Source: Porphyridium purpureum (taxonomy: Eukaryota). Taken from it: a stretch of 64,000 nucleotides of DNA. Both the position numbers and the translations under genes were made by a program. Positions within the stretch are counted from its first letter, which is position 1. Each line of letters starts with the position of its first letter. This document shows positions 1 to 10,400 of the stretch, piece by piece. The stretch lies in the NCBI GenBank assembly GCA_008690995.1, contig VRMN01000002.1, positions 2,046,001 to 2,110,000 of the forward strand, read 5' to 3'. Below the pieces are notes generated by a model. The model saw only the letters and a list, made by a program, of their open reading frames with translations. It was not told where the DNA came from and searched no databases.

Positions 1-3000
1 GCTCGTGCGTTGTCCCTGGGGTGAATCATTTGTTGCACCTCCCATTTGAGAACCGCGAAGGAGAGCAGCGTATTCCAGTCTTCACAGGGTTCAGAAATCC
101 TGTGCGGTCTCGAATAACACTGATTTGCTCGGATGAGCGGGCGTTGCGGATTAATATGGCGCGCCTCATGCCGCACACAGATGCCATCCGTGACCTCGTG
201 CATACGCTCGGCCTTTGTTTACCGACGGACGCCATGACGCAGTTGTGGGGCGACTTTCTTACCCGCCGGCTAAAATATGGGCTCGATGACAGCGCTGACG
301 TGGAGAGTCGCTTCTCTGAATGGAAAATTCTCTCGTTATGTGTTCTATTCTTCCTTCCTGCTGAGACTCGAAACTTGCCGCGATTTGCGCATGCTTTGCA
401 AGCCGTCAGGAGCGCTCCTGGGATTGAAGCGCGACGCATTGCTGTTGAACCAGGAAGTGTTCCTGACCACGTCCCTGCGTATACCGTCGACGTATGTCGC
501 GCGGATGCATTCACCGTGCTATATGCTTTGCATCTGCACTATGAGCAGAGTCGGATCTCGCGCCTGCGGTCTCACGAGCGCTCGCAGTGGCACGCAGTAT
601 GCTCGTGGTACGCTTACGTACTCGATGAAAATGTGTTTCTCATACACTACGAGACACACGCTCCCATACCCTGTCCGTGGAATCCAGAGAAGCAAGATAG
701 ACGTCCAGGTGCCGCTGCGGCCACTGTGAATGTACCAGACAGTACTGCACACCTTCTTGCGTGCTTTACAGGGCGGGCGAGGCGGGATTATGTGTTTCCG
801 AACGTGTGTGCGACGCAAAACACATCCTTTCGTTCCGACCCAGAGTATATCCCCGACGGGATGCGGTATTCTACCACTCACCTGACATACCGCCTGTGCC
901 GCGTGGCCGACGCATACGCACGGGAGGGTCCACGCAGCATGCTTCTCGCACTATACGAGCACGGCTTTAGTCTGGAAGCGATTCACGCGCTTGATCTGTC
1001 CATTATGCTTCCCATCAAGGATGCTCTGTGGCAATTCCGGGAACAAGACAACGCGAATGGGAATGCCTCTGTCGAAATGAGAAACTCCTGTTCCGGTTTC
1101 GCCAAATCGGAAAGTCATCGACCCCTGCCAGAGCAAGCGTACGTTTTGATTCAACGCGAGGATTTTCTGCAGAGCTCAGCTTCGGGGAGCGCACACCATG
1201 CTGCCGTCGGAACGGGAGCTAGAACGGCAACTCCAATGCTTCCTGGCCATGGCATGCTGAAACTTCACACACTTTACAGTTCTAGTACCGTTCAACCCGG
1301 CTTGCACAACGGCGCGGCACGGTTTGCAGCAGATCATCGATTGGCAGAGGTCGCGAGCATGCTCGACAGCAGCCGACCGGTGGTGTTTCATAAGCCAGTA
1401 GCGTCGGCGGCTGCCGTTGCGGACGACGAAGTGACATTTGAGAACCAAAATCGCCTCTTGCTCCTTCTACGACGCCATCTGGCATATCCTGTAGGTCGCG
1501 GTGCAATGTTGCTCGGTTCGAGCGTTTCTCGCACACTGGAACTAGTCGAACCGCTTCATGTGCCAGAGCTATGTCTTTCCGGGCTTGTGCCGGGAGGCAG
1601 CAGAAGCAGTGGTGGCTGGACTGGAATCGCTGGGGATGGGACTGGAGGGGGCGCGCTGATAGCACTCGATCAGAGTCCACTGCCTCCAAATTTCCTTGAG
1701 TGGGTTGAGTTTCATAATGGTGCAGCTGCGGGACTGTGTCTCGGCTCTGCGGATCCGAGAAAGGACGCCATGGTATCTCGGTCGTGGATTATGACCAATC
1801 GCCCGAACCCACGATCCGATCGGCGTCGCGCGGCTGCGCACGCAGGCGTCCTGCTGGCTCTTGGCCTGACGGGGCACCTACCAGCGCTCAAGCGCACTGA
1901 CTGGTATCAATATCTCACACAACAACACGAGCTGACGACGATTGCGTTGATGCTCGGCGTGGCTTCGCACAAGCGCGGCAGCATGGACGCAGTCACTTCG
2001 AAAATGATGTGCTTGCACCTATTCTCATTTAATGCTGGTGGGTTTGCGCAGCCGGATTGGGCAGTGTCAAGCTTGATGCAGGCCGCCGCTTGTGTAGCCG
2101 CCGGAATGCTCTTCCAGGAGACTTGCAACCGCCTCATGGTTGAAGGCTTGCTAGCCGAACTCTGTGCTCGCCTTGACACACAGCGCGTTGCCAATCGCGA
2201 GTGTGTGGCGCTGTGTGCCGCGATCGGTATTGGACTCATTTGCTTGGGTGCCGGGGCGGAGCCAGAAGCACTAAAGCAGTGTCAGCTCAAAAAACGATTT
2301 CGCCTTCTTATTGAAGGTGGCAATTACGCCGCACTCGCCAGACTGGAGCAGCAGTCCTCCAGTACTTTTTCAGAAGAAGGATCGCGTTCGGCTCCAACTT
2401 ATGCAGGCGAGCGGGACCCCTTCGCGCCATCAAAGTATCAAAGTGCTTACGACCCAGCCGAGTCGCAACCAGTTTATGATAGCGGCTCGATCTTTATCGA
2501 TGCGACAAGCCCCGCAGCTTTGATGGCGCTGGCCTTAATGACGATGCAGTGTGAGGACCCCACGATCTCCGAGCTCGTACCCCTACCTCGTTCGGAGTGG
2601 GAGCTCGACCGCATGCGGCCAGACCACGTGTTGCTCCGCGCTCTTGTACGTCGCTTGAATCATTGGGCTGCGATAGAGCCAACTGGACAATGGCTGATCG
2701 GGGACCTTCCGGCGTTTTTGCTTCCGGCGGAACCTGAACAGCAGCCGAAAGCTGACGCGTATGACATGGACCGCTTTTTGGATCTTGATACGCCACCGTC
2801 TAGCTTGACTCAACCAGGAGCGCAAGGAAAGGATTCTAGTTGCGCTTTACGAGCACGTGCATTTGCGTACACAGGAGCGGCGATTGCCTTGGGACTCAAG
2901 TATGCTGGCAGTGCCAATGTGCATGTGTACACTTTTTTGCGCGCCATGGCTGAGCGTTTTATTGCGGCGCTGCAGAGGCGGCAGCAAACGCCGCGCAGCA

Positions 3001-4319
3001 GTGAGCCAGCAGCCTATCAGATGTGTCTAGATTCTCTAGTTTTGACGCTTGGTATTGTGATGTCTGGCACAGGCAACTTGGAATGCTTGAGGCTCTTGCG
3101 CGCGCTGCGCGTCCATGGTGGTGGCTCGAAGACATATGGTAGTCACCAAGCTACTCATACAGCAATGGGATTTCTGTTTCTTGGCAATGGCGAGTACGCC
3201 TTCCAGAACTCTAAGCAAGCAGCCGCGTACCTTTTGTGCAGCATTTACTACCGCTTTCCGCTGAGTTCTACAGATAATCAGTTCCACCTGCAGGCTTTAC
3301 GACACTTATACGTGCTCGCAGCTGAACCCCGTGGCCTTGAGGTGTACGATGTCGATTCGCGGCTACCCTGCCATGTTCCCGTGCAGATTGAGCTTGACGA
3401 CACATCCAACGAATTCCTCCCAGGTTCCAGTTTGCGCCTGGTGACTCCCGGCTTGTTGCCTGATCCGCGCCTTATCCGACGAATCAGTGTGGCCTCACCC
3501 AGGTATTGGTGGCTCGACGCAACAATTTACTCGAATGAGAAATGGAAGAAGGGGAATTCTGCTGCAGTCGTTGTGCATTTGAATGCCTGGACCAGAAAGT
3601 ATGAACTTTTCTTAAAACGCCGAGCGGCATACCTTTCTTACCAGGAAGACGCCGCGGGCACCAAGAGCATTTCTTCGCGCTTTCTGGGCCACGCGGATCA
3701 CGATCAGGACCCCAACCGTCAGCAACGATTTGTCGGGCTTACCGCGTTGTACTCGTCGAGTCCCTTCGTAGCCAGCTTTGCTCGCTTTCTTGGCCACGAT
3801 GGTGAATTACGAGCTGTTCTGCTCCAGGCTCTTCTCGAGGACAGACCACTGGCTGCCGTGATTGCACTTGAAGTGCGGGCTCTGCGCAACATGCTTGGTT
3901 CACTTTCGGGTCAGCCAAATACCTTAGTGGGAAGCGAGCTGACGGACATCCTCTTGCTGCTTTCAAACATTGTGCGATATGCCGACCTTTGCTCTCAGAG
4001 CCTCACGGATGACGGACGAAGCGCGAAACATCCTGGAAGTAGTACCGTCAGCGCGTCCGAGTCTATAGTGCCTAGTGTGTTCAGGAACTCAAGCACGCTC
4101 TTGGACCAGCTCTTCGCAGATACACGTGCACTGCTTCGCCACGCGCGAAGCCTGCAGGAGCGTCGCAGAAAGCGCACTGATGCCCTTGTTGCCTGGTCCG
4201 GTGGTCCTGGCCTCAACGTGGATGCGATTTACGAACTAGCCTCAAAGGCCAGGTCCACTCCAATGAGTGAAATGATCGATCTGATTGCAGACGCGATAGG
4301 CAGAGAGGCGCCAATTTAA
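1..4319 (+). CDS. APC1: Anaphase-promoting complex subunit 1 (5' end probably outside the window)
   Basis: 1432-aa ORF whose frame stays open to the window edge. APC1-type motifs FHNGAAAGL, HAGVLLALGLTGHL, PC-repeat-like segments, YGSHQATHTAMGFLFLG and DNQFHLQALRHLYVLA. Confidence 0.93.
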   Translation, partial: SCVVPGVNHLLHLPFENREGEQRIPVFTGFRNPVRSRITLICSDERALRINMARLMPHTDAIRDLVHTLGLCLPTDAMTQLWGDFLTRRLKYGLDDSADVESRFSEWKILSLCVLFFLPAETRNLPRFAHALQAVRSAPGIEARRIAVEPGSVPDHVPAYTVDVCRADAFTVLYALHLHYEQSRISRLRSHERSQWHAVCSWYAYVLDENVFLIHYETHAPIPCPWNPEKQDRRPGAAAATVNVPDSTAHLLACFTGRARRDYVFPNVCATQNTSFRSDPEYIPDGMRYSTTHLTYRLCRVADAYAREGPRSMLLALYEHGFSLEAIHALDLSIMLPIKDALWQFREQDNANGNASVEMRNSCSGFAKSESHRPLPEQAYVLIQREDFLQSSASGSAHHAAVGTGARTATPMLPGHGMLKLHTLYSSSTVQPGLHNGAARFAADHRLAEVASMLDSSRPVVFHKPVASAAAVADDEVTFENQNRLLLLLRRHLAYPVGRGAMLLGSSVSRTLELVEPLHVPELCLSGLVPGGSRSSGGWTGIAGDGTGGGALIALDQSPLPPNFLEWVEFHNGAAAGLCLGSADPRKDAMVSRSWIMTNRPNPRSDRRRAAAHAGVLLALGLTGHLPALKRTDWYQYLTQQHELTTIALMLGVASHKRGSMDAVTSKMMCLHLFSFNAGGFAQPDWAVSSLMQAAACVAAGMLFQETCNRLMVEGLLAELCARLDTQRVANRECVALCAAIGIGLICLGAGAEPEALKQCQLKKRFRLLIEGGNYAALARLEQQSSSTFSEEGSRSAPTYAGERDPFAPSKYQSAYDPAESQPVYDSGSIFIDATSPAALMALALMTMQCEDPTISELVPLPRSEWELDRMRPDHVLLRALVRRLNHWAAIEPTGQWLIGDLPAFLLPAEPEQQPKADAYDMDRFLDLDTPPSSLTQPGAQGKDSSCALRARAFAYTGAAIALGLKYAGSANVHVYTFLRAMAERFIAALQRRQQTPRSSEPAAYQMCLDSLVLTLGIVMSGTGNLECLRLLRALRVHGGGSKTYGSHQATHTAMGFLFLGNGEYAFQNSKQAAAYLLCSIYYRFPLSSTDNQFHLQALRHLYVLAAEPRGLEVYDVDSRLPCHVPVQIELDDTSNEFLPGSSLRLVTPGLLPDPRLIRRISVASPRYWWLDATIYSNEKWKKGNSAAVVVHLNAWTRKYELFLKRRAAYLSYQEDAAGTKSISSRFLGHADHDQDPNRQQRFVGLTALYSSSPFVASFARFLGHDGELRAVLLQALLEDRPLAAVIALEVRALRNMLGSLSGQPNTLVGSELTDILLLLSNIVRYADLCSQSLTDDGRSAKHPGSSTVSASESIVPSVFRNSSTLLDQLFADTRALLRHARSLQERRRKRTDALVAWSGGPGLNVDAIYELASKARSTPMSEMIDLIADAIGREAPI

Positions 4320-5675
4320 TCGCGCGTTTGTGCGGACTTCAAATTCGTTCAAACAGCATCTGATGTCAGTTTTACATCCAGCGTCTAACTTTCGTATCCT
4401 CGAACTGAGTGTACACAGCACTCTCGTTCGGTGCAATCGTCGTTGCGGTTCCTGGAATCCATTCACGGTTTCCCAGCCTATCTGTTTCGACTCTAGCTCC
4501 GACTTGGATGGGAGATTCGCTATCGGCTCGCACTTTGCCCAGAGCTTCTCTGAAAGCCGCCACGCTACCATGTTCCGATTTCGCCCCCTTTATTTCCTCG
4601 AATTTTTCTCACTCACCAAATTCCGAGTTCGAAGAGGACGGAGCCGTAAATTCTTGTCACGGCAGGCTTACTCACTCCAGGCCTCCCGTAAAACAATGCA
4701 TTGAATTACCTGTGTCCTAGACTACGGCCGCGCTCCCTGGCCAACGTGGCTAGGTTCTTCAGTTCAGAAAGCTAGCGCTTGACCTTTCGGCACCCAACCA
4801 GTTCCACTGCCGTCTTCAATGCAGAATATTGCCCGGCACGGCGCTTGAACTCCTCAGCCTCACGTTTCCTGCACTTTGCCTGGTTCTTGCAGCATCTGTA
4901 TTCGATTCCACTTCTGCGTGATTGAGTATCCTATCGCTGAGACACTCGGGAGGCAGATGCACGACTCCATGCTTGCGAGCGATTCCCGAAAACGCGAATC
5001 CGTACGCTTGCAGGACGTGGTCTCTGTGCTTCTGAGACAAAGCGCGAACTGTTCAAGGTACGCGCTTTTCGTAAGAGCACACGATCCGCCTCCGGACCTC
5101 TGGCTGGCAAGTCTCCCGACAAGAGCGCCAGCTCATGGGAACCGTGAGATTGCGTCTGTTCACTCCCGAGCAACAGGGTTCTCACTGTGCACACTTTCCT
5201 CACGTAAAACATCTACTCTGCTGTTTTCATTGGTCTTCTGAAGAGCCAAGCCCTTCGCTTCTCGCGGCCTACTTTGATACCCGACACGACGAGCGTGCGG
5301 CTACCAGTGCAGGTGAGAAACTTGCCGTGACCACGTTGGACATGCGCCCCGCACAGATGTGCGTGAGCGTGCTCTTTTTCCACAAAGAGCACTTCGTTTC
5401 ATGCACGCGTCTGGCGTCCAGTCCGAGCGCAAGGAGCACAACATGTTGCGCTGGGAATGATTCGCGCCACAGCCGTGCTGAAGGAGTAACGTGATAGATG
5501 ATGCAGACACACACGGGGAATAAGCTACAGAAGACTTTCCTTCATACATGTGTTACTTAAAGTCAGTAACAAGGCGGTTGAAATAACCGTGTAGCTTTGG
5601 CCACCCAAAGAGCGGATGGATCCATGTGCCATTTGCCGGACAAAGCTGCATCTAGCGTACAACAGAAAAGAAAGA

Positions 5676-5707
5676 CACACACACACACACACACACTCAC
5701 ACACACA
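5676..5707. repeat. (CA)n microsatellite
   Basis: Near-perfect CA run directly visible downstream of the helicase stop. Confidence 0.9.
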
Positions 5708-5877
5708 AAGAAAGTTAAGTCAAGGCAAACATGCATACATGTGCGCCAAACATAGCATGAAAGTTATTAACTGCATCCACGCAAACCGCATCCCGGCTTC
5801 AAACCACAAAAAGAGAATCCCATCTCTCTCCTTTTTGGCTCTCCTTCCCCATTCCCTGTCAGAGGCTTCTTGCGCGT

Positions 5878-7821
5878 TCAGTTTCGCCCACCATGTTGGC
5901 TCCTGCCACGCCCTCCGCCACCACCACCACCGCCACGTCCGCCCTGCCCACTGTTGTTGCCTCTGCCACGAGCACTCCCGCCACCAAAGCTCTCGTTCCT
6001 ACCTGCAATGCGCAGACCCGGAACACCTTTGAGCCCCATCATGCCGACGGTCTTGGCCATGAGAGCAGGCGGTTCATCAAGACCAAGCTGCAGGCTCGCC
6101 ATTTCGGCCGCCTTTAAGACGAGATCCTCTTTATCCCATCGAAGTGATTTCAAGGACGAATTGTAGAAGCCCAACCATGCCTGATAGGTCTGTTCCTTGG
6201 TTTGCTGCTCCACGCGGTCCAAGGCGTCTGGGACGGTAGCCAAAGCCTCTGGAAAGCGCGCTAGAGCCTGTGGGACTTCATCCCCCACAGTCTTGTCCAT
6301 AGGTAAGGACTTGACGTTATCGAAAAAGAAGCGTTCAAAGTCATGCAGCATGAGCAATCCACGGCCTGCCTTACCCGCACGGCCTGTGCGGCCCAGGCGA
6401 TGCACATACTGCTCGCGGCTAGACGGCGCACCGACCTGCAGCACGAATGACACATCTGGATAGTCCACGCCGCGCGCCGACACGTCAGAGGACACCAGTA
6501 CAGCACGTTTCGCACTGCGGAACTGGTCGGACGTCTTGGTGCGGTTCGACATACTCTTCCGGCTGTGGATCTCCAGTACCTCGGGATGGTTTCTTCCGAC
6601 GGGCGACGTCGGCGCCGACAACCATGCATTCAGCAGCTCGGCAAAAAATTGAGCTTGGCGAGCAGTCGGCAGGAATACAATAATCTTATACTCTTCAGGG
6701 TTGTTCATCATCTCAGCTGCAATCACAGTGCACACGGAAACATTGACGTTCTCAAGATCAACTGTTGCCACGCCCTGACGCACTTTGGTTGCGTCGTGCG
6801 TATCGCCCAAGCCGTCGCCCTCCGTGCAGTCAACCGTGACATGGTCGTACCTCAGAGCGGAACCAAGAACCTCGGATAGCCCCTGGGGCACGGTGGCGCT
6901 GAAGCACAAGGAACGCCGGACTTTCGGGAGACACAAAATAATACGATCAATCGCAGGCTTGAAGCCCTGGTCCATAAGATGGTCGCCTTCATCCAGAACA
7001 AGATAATGGACACCACCCAGGCGATTTTTGAAGCCATCTGTGTTTTTGATGTGGTCCTCCATTCTTCCTGGAGTTGCCACCAAGATATCCACACGTGACT
7101 TGAGCCGAGCGATGTCCTTGTTAATGCCCACACCGCCGACAAAGCAAGCGGTGGTGAGATTATGGAAAGTCAGCAATTTCTTCGCCTCGGCCTCGATCTG
7201 ATACGCCAACTCTCGAGTAGGGGACAGGATAAGCGCGCGGATGCTCACCCTGTCCGGTCCGATACGCGGGTGCTCTACGAGCGTCTCAATCACCGGCAAC
7301 ATGAAGGCAATTGTCTTTCCTGTCCCGGTCCTTGCCTTGGCCAGCACATCCTTGCCCTTCAGAATGATGGGGAGCGTGCGCTCCTGTACGGGCGAACACG
7401 TCTCGTACTTGAACACCTCTTTAATCGCACGCATCGTGAGCGGGTGAATAGGGAGCGACTCGAACTTGATTCCGTCACCTTCCGGGATATGGAGTTCTTT
7501 GGACGGCAAAGACTTCATGCTGGCTGAAATAGAAGCTTCCAACGTTTCGTCCGTCCGCACGCGTCGTCGCGGCGGCGTGTCGTCACCAAACGAGGAGCTC
7601 GAGGGTGGGCGGCGCACACCTCGATGCGGAAGGGAGCCGCTTGGCGCTCCATTTCGCGCGTCCCCACTGGTCTGTCGCTTCTGCGACGGCCCTCGGCCGG
7701 TCCGAGCCTGGCGGCCTCGTGCACTAGATTCCATACTCGTCACGTAGATCGGAGCAATCCGCGATGTGCTCAAAGTCCCCAAGCGCCACGCAGCCAAGCC
7801 CGAAACAAAGGCGTACTGCAT
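5878..7821 (-). CDS. DEAD-box RNA helicase (Mss116/plant RH25-26-31-like), probably organelle-targeted, RGG-rich tail
   Basis: Q motif (CSPVQ), ARTGTGKT, PTRELA, TPGR, motif II DEGD, SAT, ARGVD, HRLGRTGRAG and the family-typical YQAWLGFY. N-terminus MQYAFVSG is transit-peptide-like. Confidence 0.93.
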   Translation of the reverse strand: MQYAFVSGLAAWRLGTLSTSRIAPIYVTSMESSARGRQARTGRGPSQKRQTSGDARNGAPSGSLPHRGVRRPPSSSSFGDDTPPRRRVRTDETLEASISASMKSLPSKELHIPEGDGIKFESLPIHPLTMRAIKEVFKYETCSPVQERTLPIILKGKDVLAKARTGTGKTIAFMLPVIETLVEHPRIGPDRVSIRALILSPTRELAYQIEAEAKKLLTFHNLTTACFVGGVGINKDIARLKSRVDILVATPGRMEDHIKNTDGFKNRLGGVHYLVLDEGDHLMDQGFKPAIDRIILCLPKVRRSLCFSATVPQGLSEVLGSALRYDHVTVDCTEGDGLGDTHDATKVRQGVATVDLENVNVSVCTVIAAEMMNNPEEYKIIVFLPTARQAQFFAELLNAWLSAPTSPVGRNHPEVLEIHSRKSMSNRTKTSDQFRSAKRAVLVSSDVSARGVDYPDVSFVLQVGAPSSREQYVHRLGRTGRAGKAGRGLLMLHDFERFFFDNVKSLPMDKTVGDEVPQALARFPEALATVPDALDRVEQQTKEQTYQAWLGFYNSSLKSLRWDKEDLVLKAAEMASLQLGLDEPPALMAKTVGMMGLKGVPGLRIAGRNESFGGGSARGRGNNSGQGGRGGGGGGGGRGRSQHGGRN

Positions 7822-8757
7822 CGGTGCACGGCCAGCCTTGACCTATGCCTATCGATACACACGCACACACACACTCTCTCTGTCTGTCTACGTGTCTGTA
7901 CGTCTGCGTGTGCCTGCGTCTTGTATCGTCCCTCCCCAAACCCAACTCGTTTGCTTCCCAACCGCTTCACCGCCGGTGACGGGACGGCAAAATTCGTTGC
8001 GGCCGTTGAGCGTCTGTGCGGGCTGAGCGAGAGAAGAGCAACTTTGGCGGCCATGTGGGAGGCACTGCAGAGGAGAGACTAGGTGAGGAAGGATGCGCAC
8101 GGTGTATAAAGATGCTGGGCGGCCGCCGTGATGCGCAATTGTGGAAAGCGCGCGGTCGCGCAAGGTGAGAGCCAGCGGTATCTGATAGCTTGTCGCACCA
8201 ACCTCACGCGAGGAGGAACAACAGGCCGGGACTGGTGTGAGTCAGGAAAGGGCACGGCGGTGGCTGCAGCCGAGCCAGCTCCTAGCATTCCCGAGAAGGA
8301 AGGGTCTGATTGCAGAAAGTATGATTTGCCTGCACAGGACAGCACGAGGCGCCTGCACACAGCAGCGCGTCCGCAGCTGGTACGGTTTTGTTGGCCTGAT
8401 GTCGATAGGAGGTCAAAGAGGTACACGGAATCGCCACAAAGGGCGCCCAAAGTACCTCAATTCGCACGGACTTGCGTAGAATGCGCCGCGGGTTGCGCGT
8501 ATCGTGTTGGCGGTGCGGAAAACACTGTGCAAGAGCTGCATTCGATATCGGTGTCATCCCTTGTAGTTGATGCGCGGGCGCTGAAGAACGCGGCTTTGGA
8601 TCAGTTCGTTGGACGGACGCGGCGCACGGGCAGTGCCTTGTGGCCTTGTTCGATAAGAGAGAGTAAGATAAAGATGACCGCAGTGAACAGAGGCGCGATG
8701 CTAGAGCTAAGTTTTCGTCATGGAACAAGCGAGTCAATGGATGCAGAGAAGGAAGAG

Positions 8758-9414
8758 TTACTGTGGCTCTTGGTGGAACTTCAACAGACTCTCCAGGATA
8801 GTTTGTACGGAAACAGCGACGTCCTCGCAGGCAATGTCTATGAGCAGCTCGGAAAAGGTATGCTCATCTACTGACTCGCCGGCGTTCCGAATTGTTTTGA
8901 TTGAGGCGCGCAGAGCGGCGTCATGCTTCTTGAGCTCTGGAATGCGGTTCAGGTAGTCTACTATCAGCGAGAGCGGGATCTTTCCCTCCTCGCTGCCCAG
9001 CGTTTTCATGACCCGGTCTATGAGTGGCATACATTGCAGCATGTCTGCGACTGCCTTGCCCCTCCTCGCACCCTGCGTGTGCGAGCGCTGCAGCGAGGTG
9101 TTTCCCTTGGCCATTGCGATCTCGACGCCGAGCACGTCGTACACCAGGGTGAGAAAGTTACGGAAGGCGAAACCGTCGTCTCCTGCGATCCCTTCCATCA
9201 TAGACGCCACTGTCTTCTCGGAGAACCCGAAATCCATATCCTGCAGCAACACCCTGACCTGGTCGGCGGTGACCTTTCCGTCGTTGTCTGTATCATGCTC
9301 ATCGAAGGCGGCCCTGATCTCCTTCTCGAATTGCGCGCGTTCGACGCCCAGAAACTCCTCGAGCTCCTCCGCTGTGAAGCGGTTTGCTTCCGACGCCGCC
9401 GCGTACACCGACAT
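8758..9414 (-). CDS. EF-hand (calmodulin-like) calcium-binding protein
   Basis: EIRAAFDEHDTDNDGKVTADQV is a recognisable EF-hand, followed by degenerate EF-hand-like segments. ATG at 9414 preferred to the upstream non-ATG ORF start. Confidence 0.72.
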   Translation of the reverse strand: MSVYAAASEANRFTAEELEEFLGVERAQFEKEIRAAFDEHDTDNDGKVTADQVRVLLQDMDFGFSEKTVASMMEGIAGDDGFAFRNFLTLVYDVLGVEIAMAKGNTSLQRSHTQGARRGKAVADMLQCMPLIDRVMKTLGSEEGKIPLSLIVDYLNRIPELKKHDAALRASIKTIRNAGESVDEHTFSELLIDIACEDVAVSVQTILESLLKFHQEPQ

Positions 9415-9598
9415 CCTGCCACTGCGCGCTGTCCTTGCGCAACCAGAAACCCCACCCTCGCCACTCGCCCCCGCACAGCGCAACACGTCCGTTCGCTCCG
9501 TTCTTCCTTGTCTCATCAGTAGCCGCGCTCCTACTGAAATCACCGCTCTTTACTAGCAGCCAGCCGCTGTCTCGTCAGCACCACTCGACTCGCAAAGG

Positions 9599-9724
9599 GT
9601 ACAGTCCGTCGGTCCGTTCGTCACTACTGTACTTCCTCGGGTGTTCTGCCACTGTACGTTCCGTGCTCGGTTCAGACCAAGTACAGTGCGTACAGTGAGT
9701 AGACTGGGTACAGTGTGTACAGTG
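9599..9724. promoter_or_regulatory. Cluster of seven GTACAGT/ACTGTAC motifs in a divergent promoter
   Basis: Copies at 9599, 9626, 9651, 9681, 9690, 9708 and 9717, between the EF-hand gene (-) and NDUFB4 (+). Confidence 0.6.
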
Positions 9725-9975
9725 AATGAGGAAGCGGAAACGCGCTGGGGGGAACCGGGGAGGTGGGTGTGGAGGAGCTAGGCTGGTGGGTGGTGTTGGG
9801 GGTGTTGGTGCTGGGTTGTGCCGAGGTAGAGAGGGTGAAGTGGGGTGGGGATTGAAGGGGGTCGGAGCTCGAGCCGGCTTGCACGCGTGTGTCTGCGCGA
9901 GGAGAGGCTTTGGCGTGGAACGGCAGTGCTGTGGAGTTGCGCGCGCAGTCGCAAGGACGCGGATTCGGACTCGCC

Positions 9976-10254
9976 ATGGGCAAGTTCCGCGTCAAGACGA
10001 ATCCGTACATCGAGGACTGGATGGACAGGAGGCTCAACTTTGGCCGGCACTATTTCAAGTGGAATTTGCAGTCGATCGCGGGCATCACGGTCGCGTTGGT
10101 CGTCTTTCCGTACATTCTGTTTCGCGGCATCACCGCGGAAATGGAGTACAAGTTGAAGAACGACAATGGCTTTGCGCGCATGCCGCAGCACCGCTACTTG
10201 GGCGATGGCAGGGGCATCGGCCCAGACTCGTGGGAAAGGAAAGAGAAGTATTAA
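9976..10254 (+). CDS. NDUFB4: Mitochondrial complex I subunit B15/NDUFB4 (plant-type)
   Basis: 92 aa with N-x-x-IEDW-x-x-x-R...F-x-W, one TM helix and a P-x-x-L-F-R-G-I pattern like the plant B15 subunit. ATG at 9976. Confidence 0.75.
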   Translation: MGKFRVKTNPYIEDWMDRRLNFGRHYFKWNLQSIAGITVALVVFPYILFRGITAEMEYKLKNDNGFARMPQHRYLGDGRGIGPDSWERKEKY

Positions 10255-10400
10255 GTGTACGCTAAGGCAAAATAACAGCAGCTCGTTGGTGAATGGGGTT
10301 CCAGGAACGGCAAGAGCACGGGATGCGATAAATAAACTTCTTGCAGGGAAAAATTGAGTGGCCTTTCCTCGCGCGCGCGGCGCTGGATACGCGCCCAACG

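Noticed and set aside
8128..8874. 248-aa plus-strand ORF
   Set aside because: Non-ATG start, no recognisable motifs, and its 3' end is the antisense shadow of the EF-hand gene.
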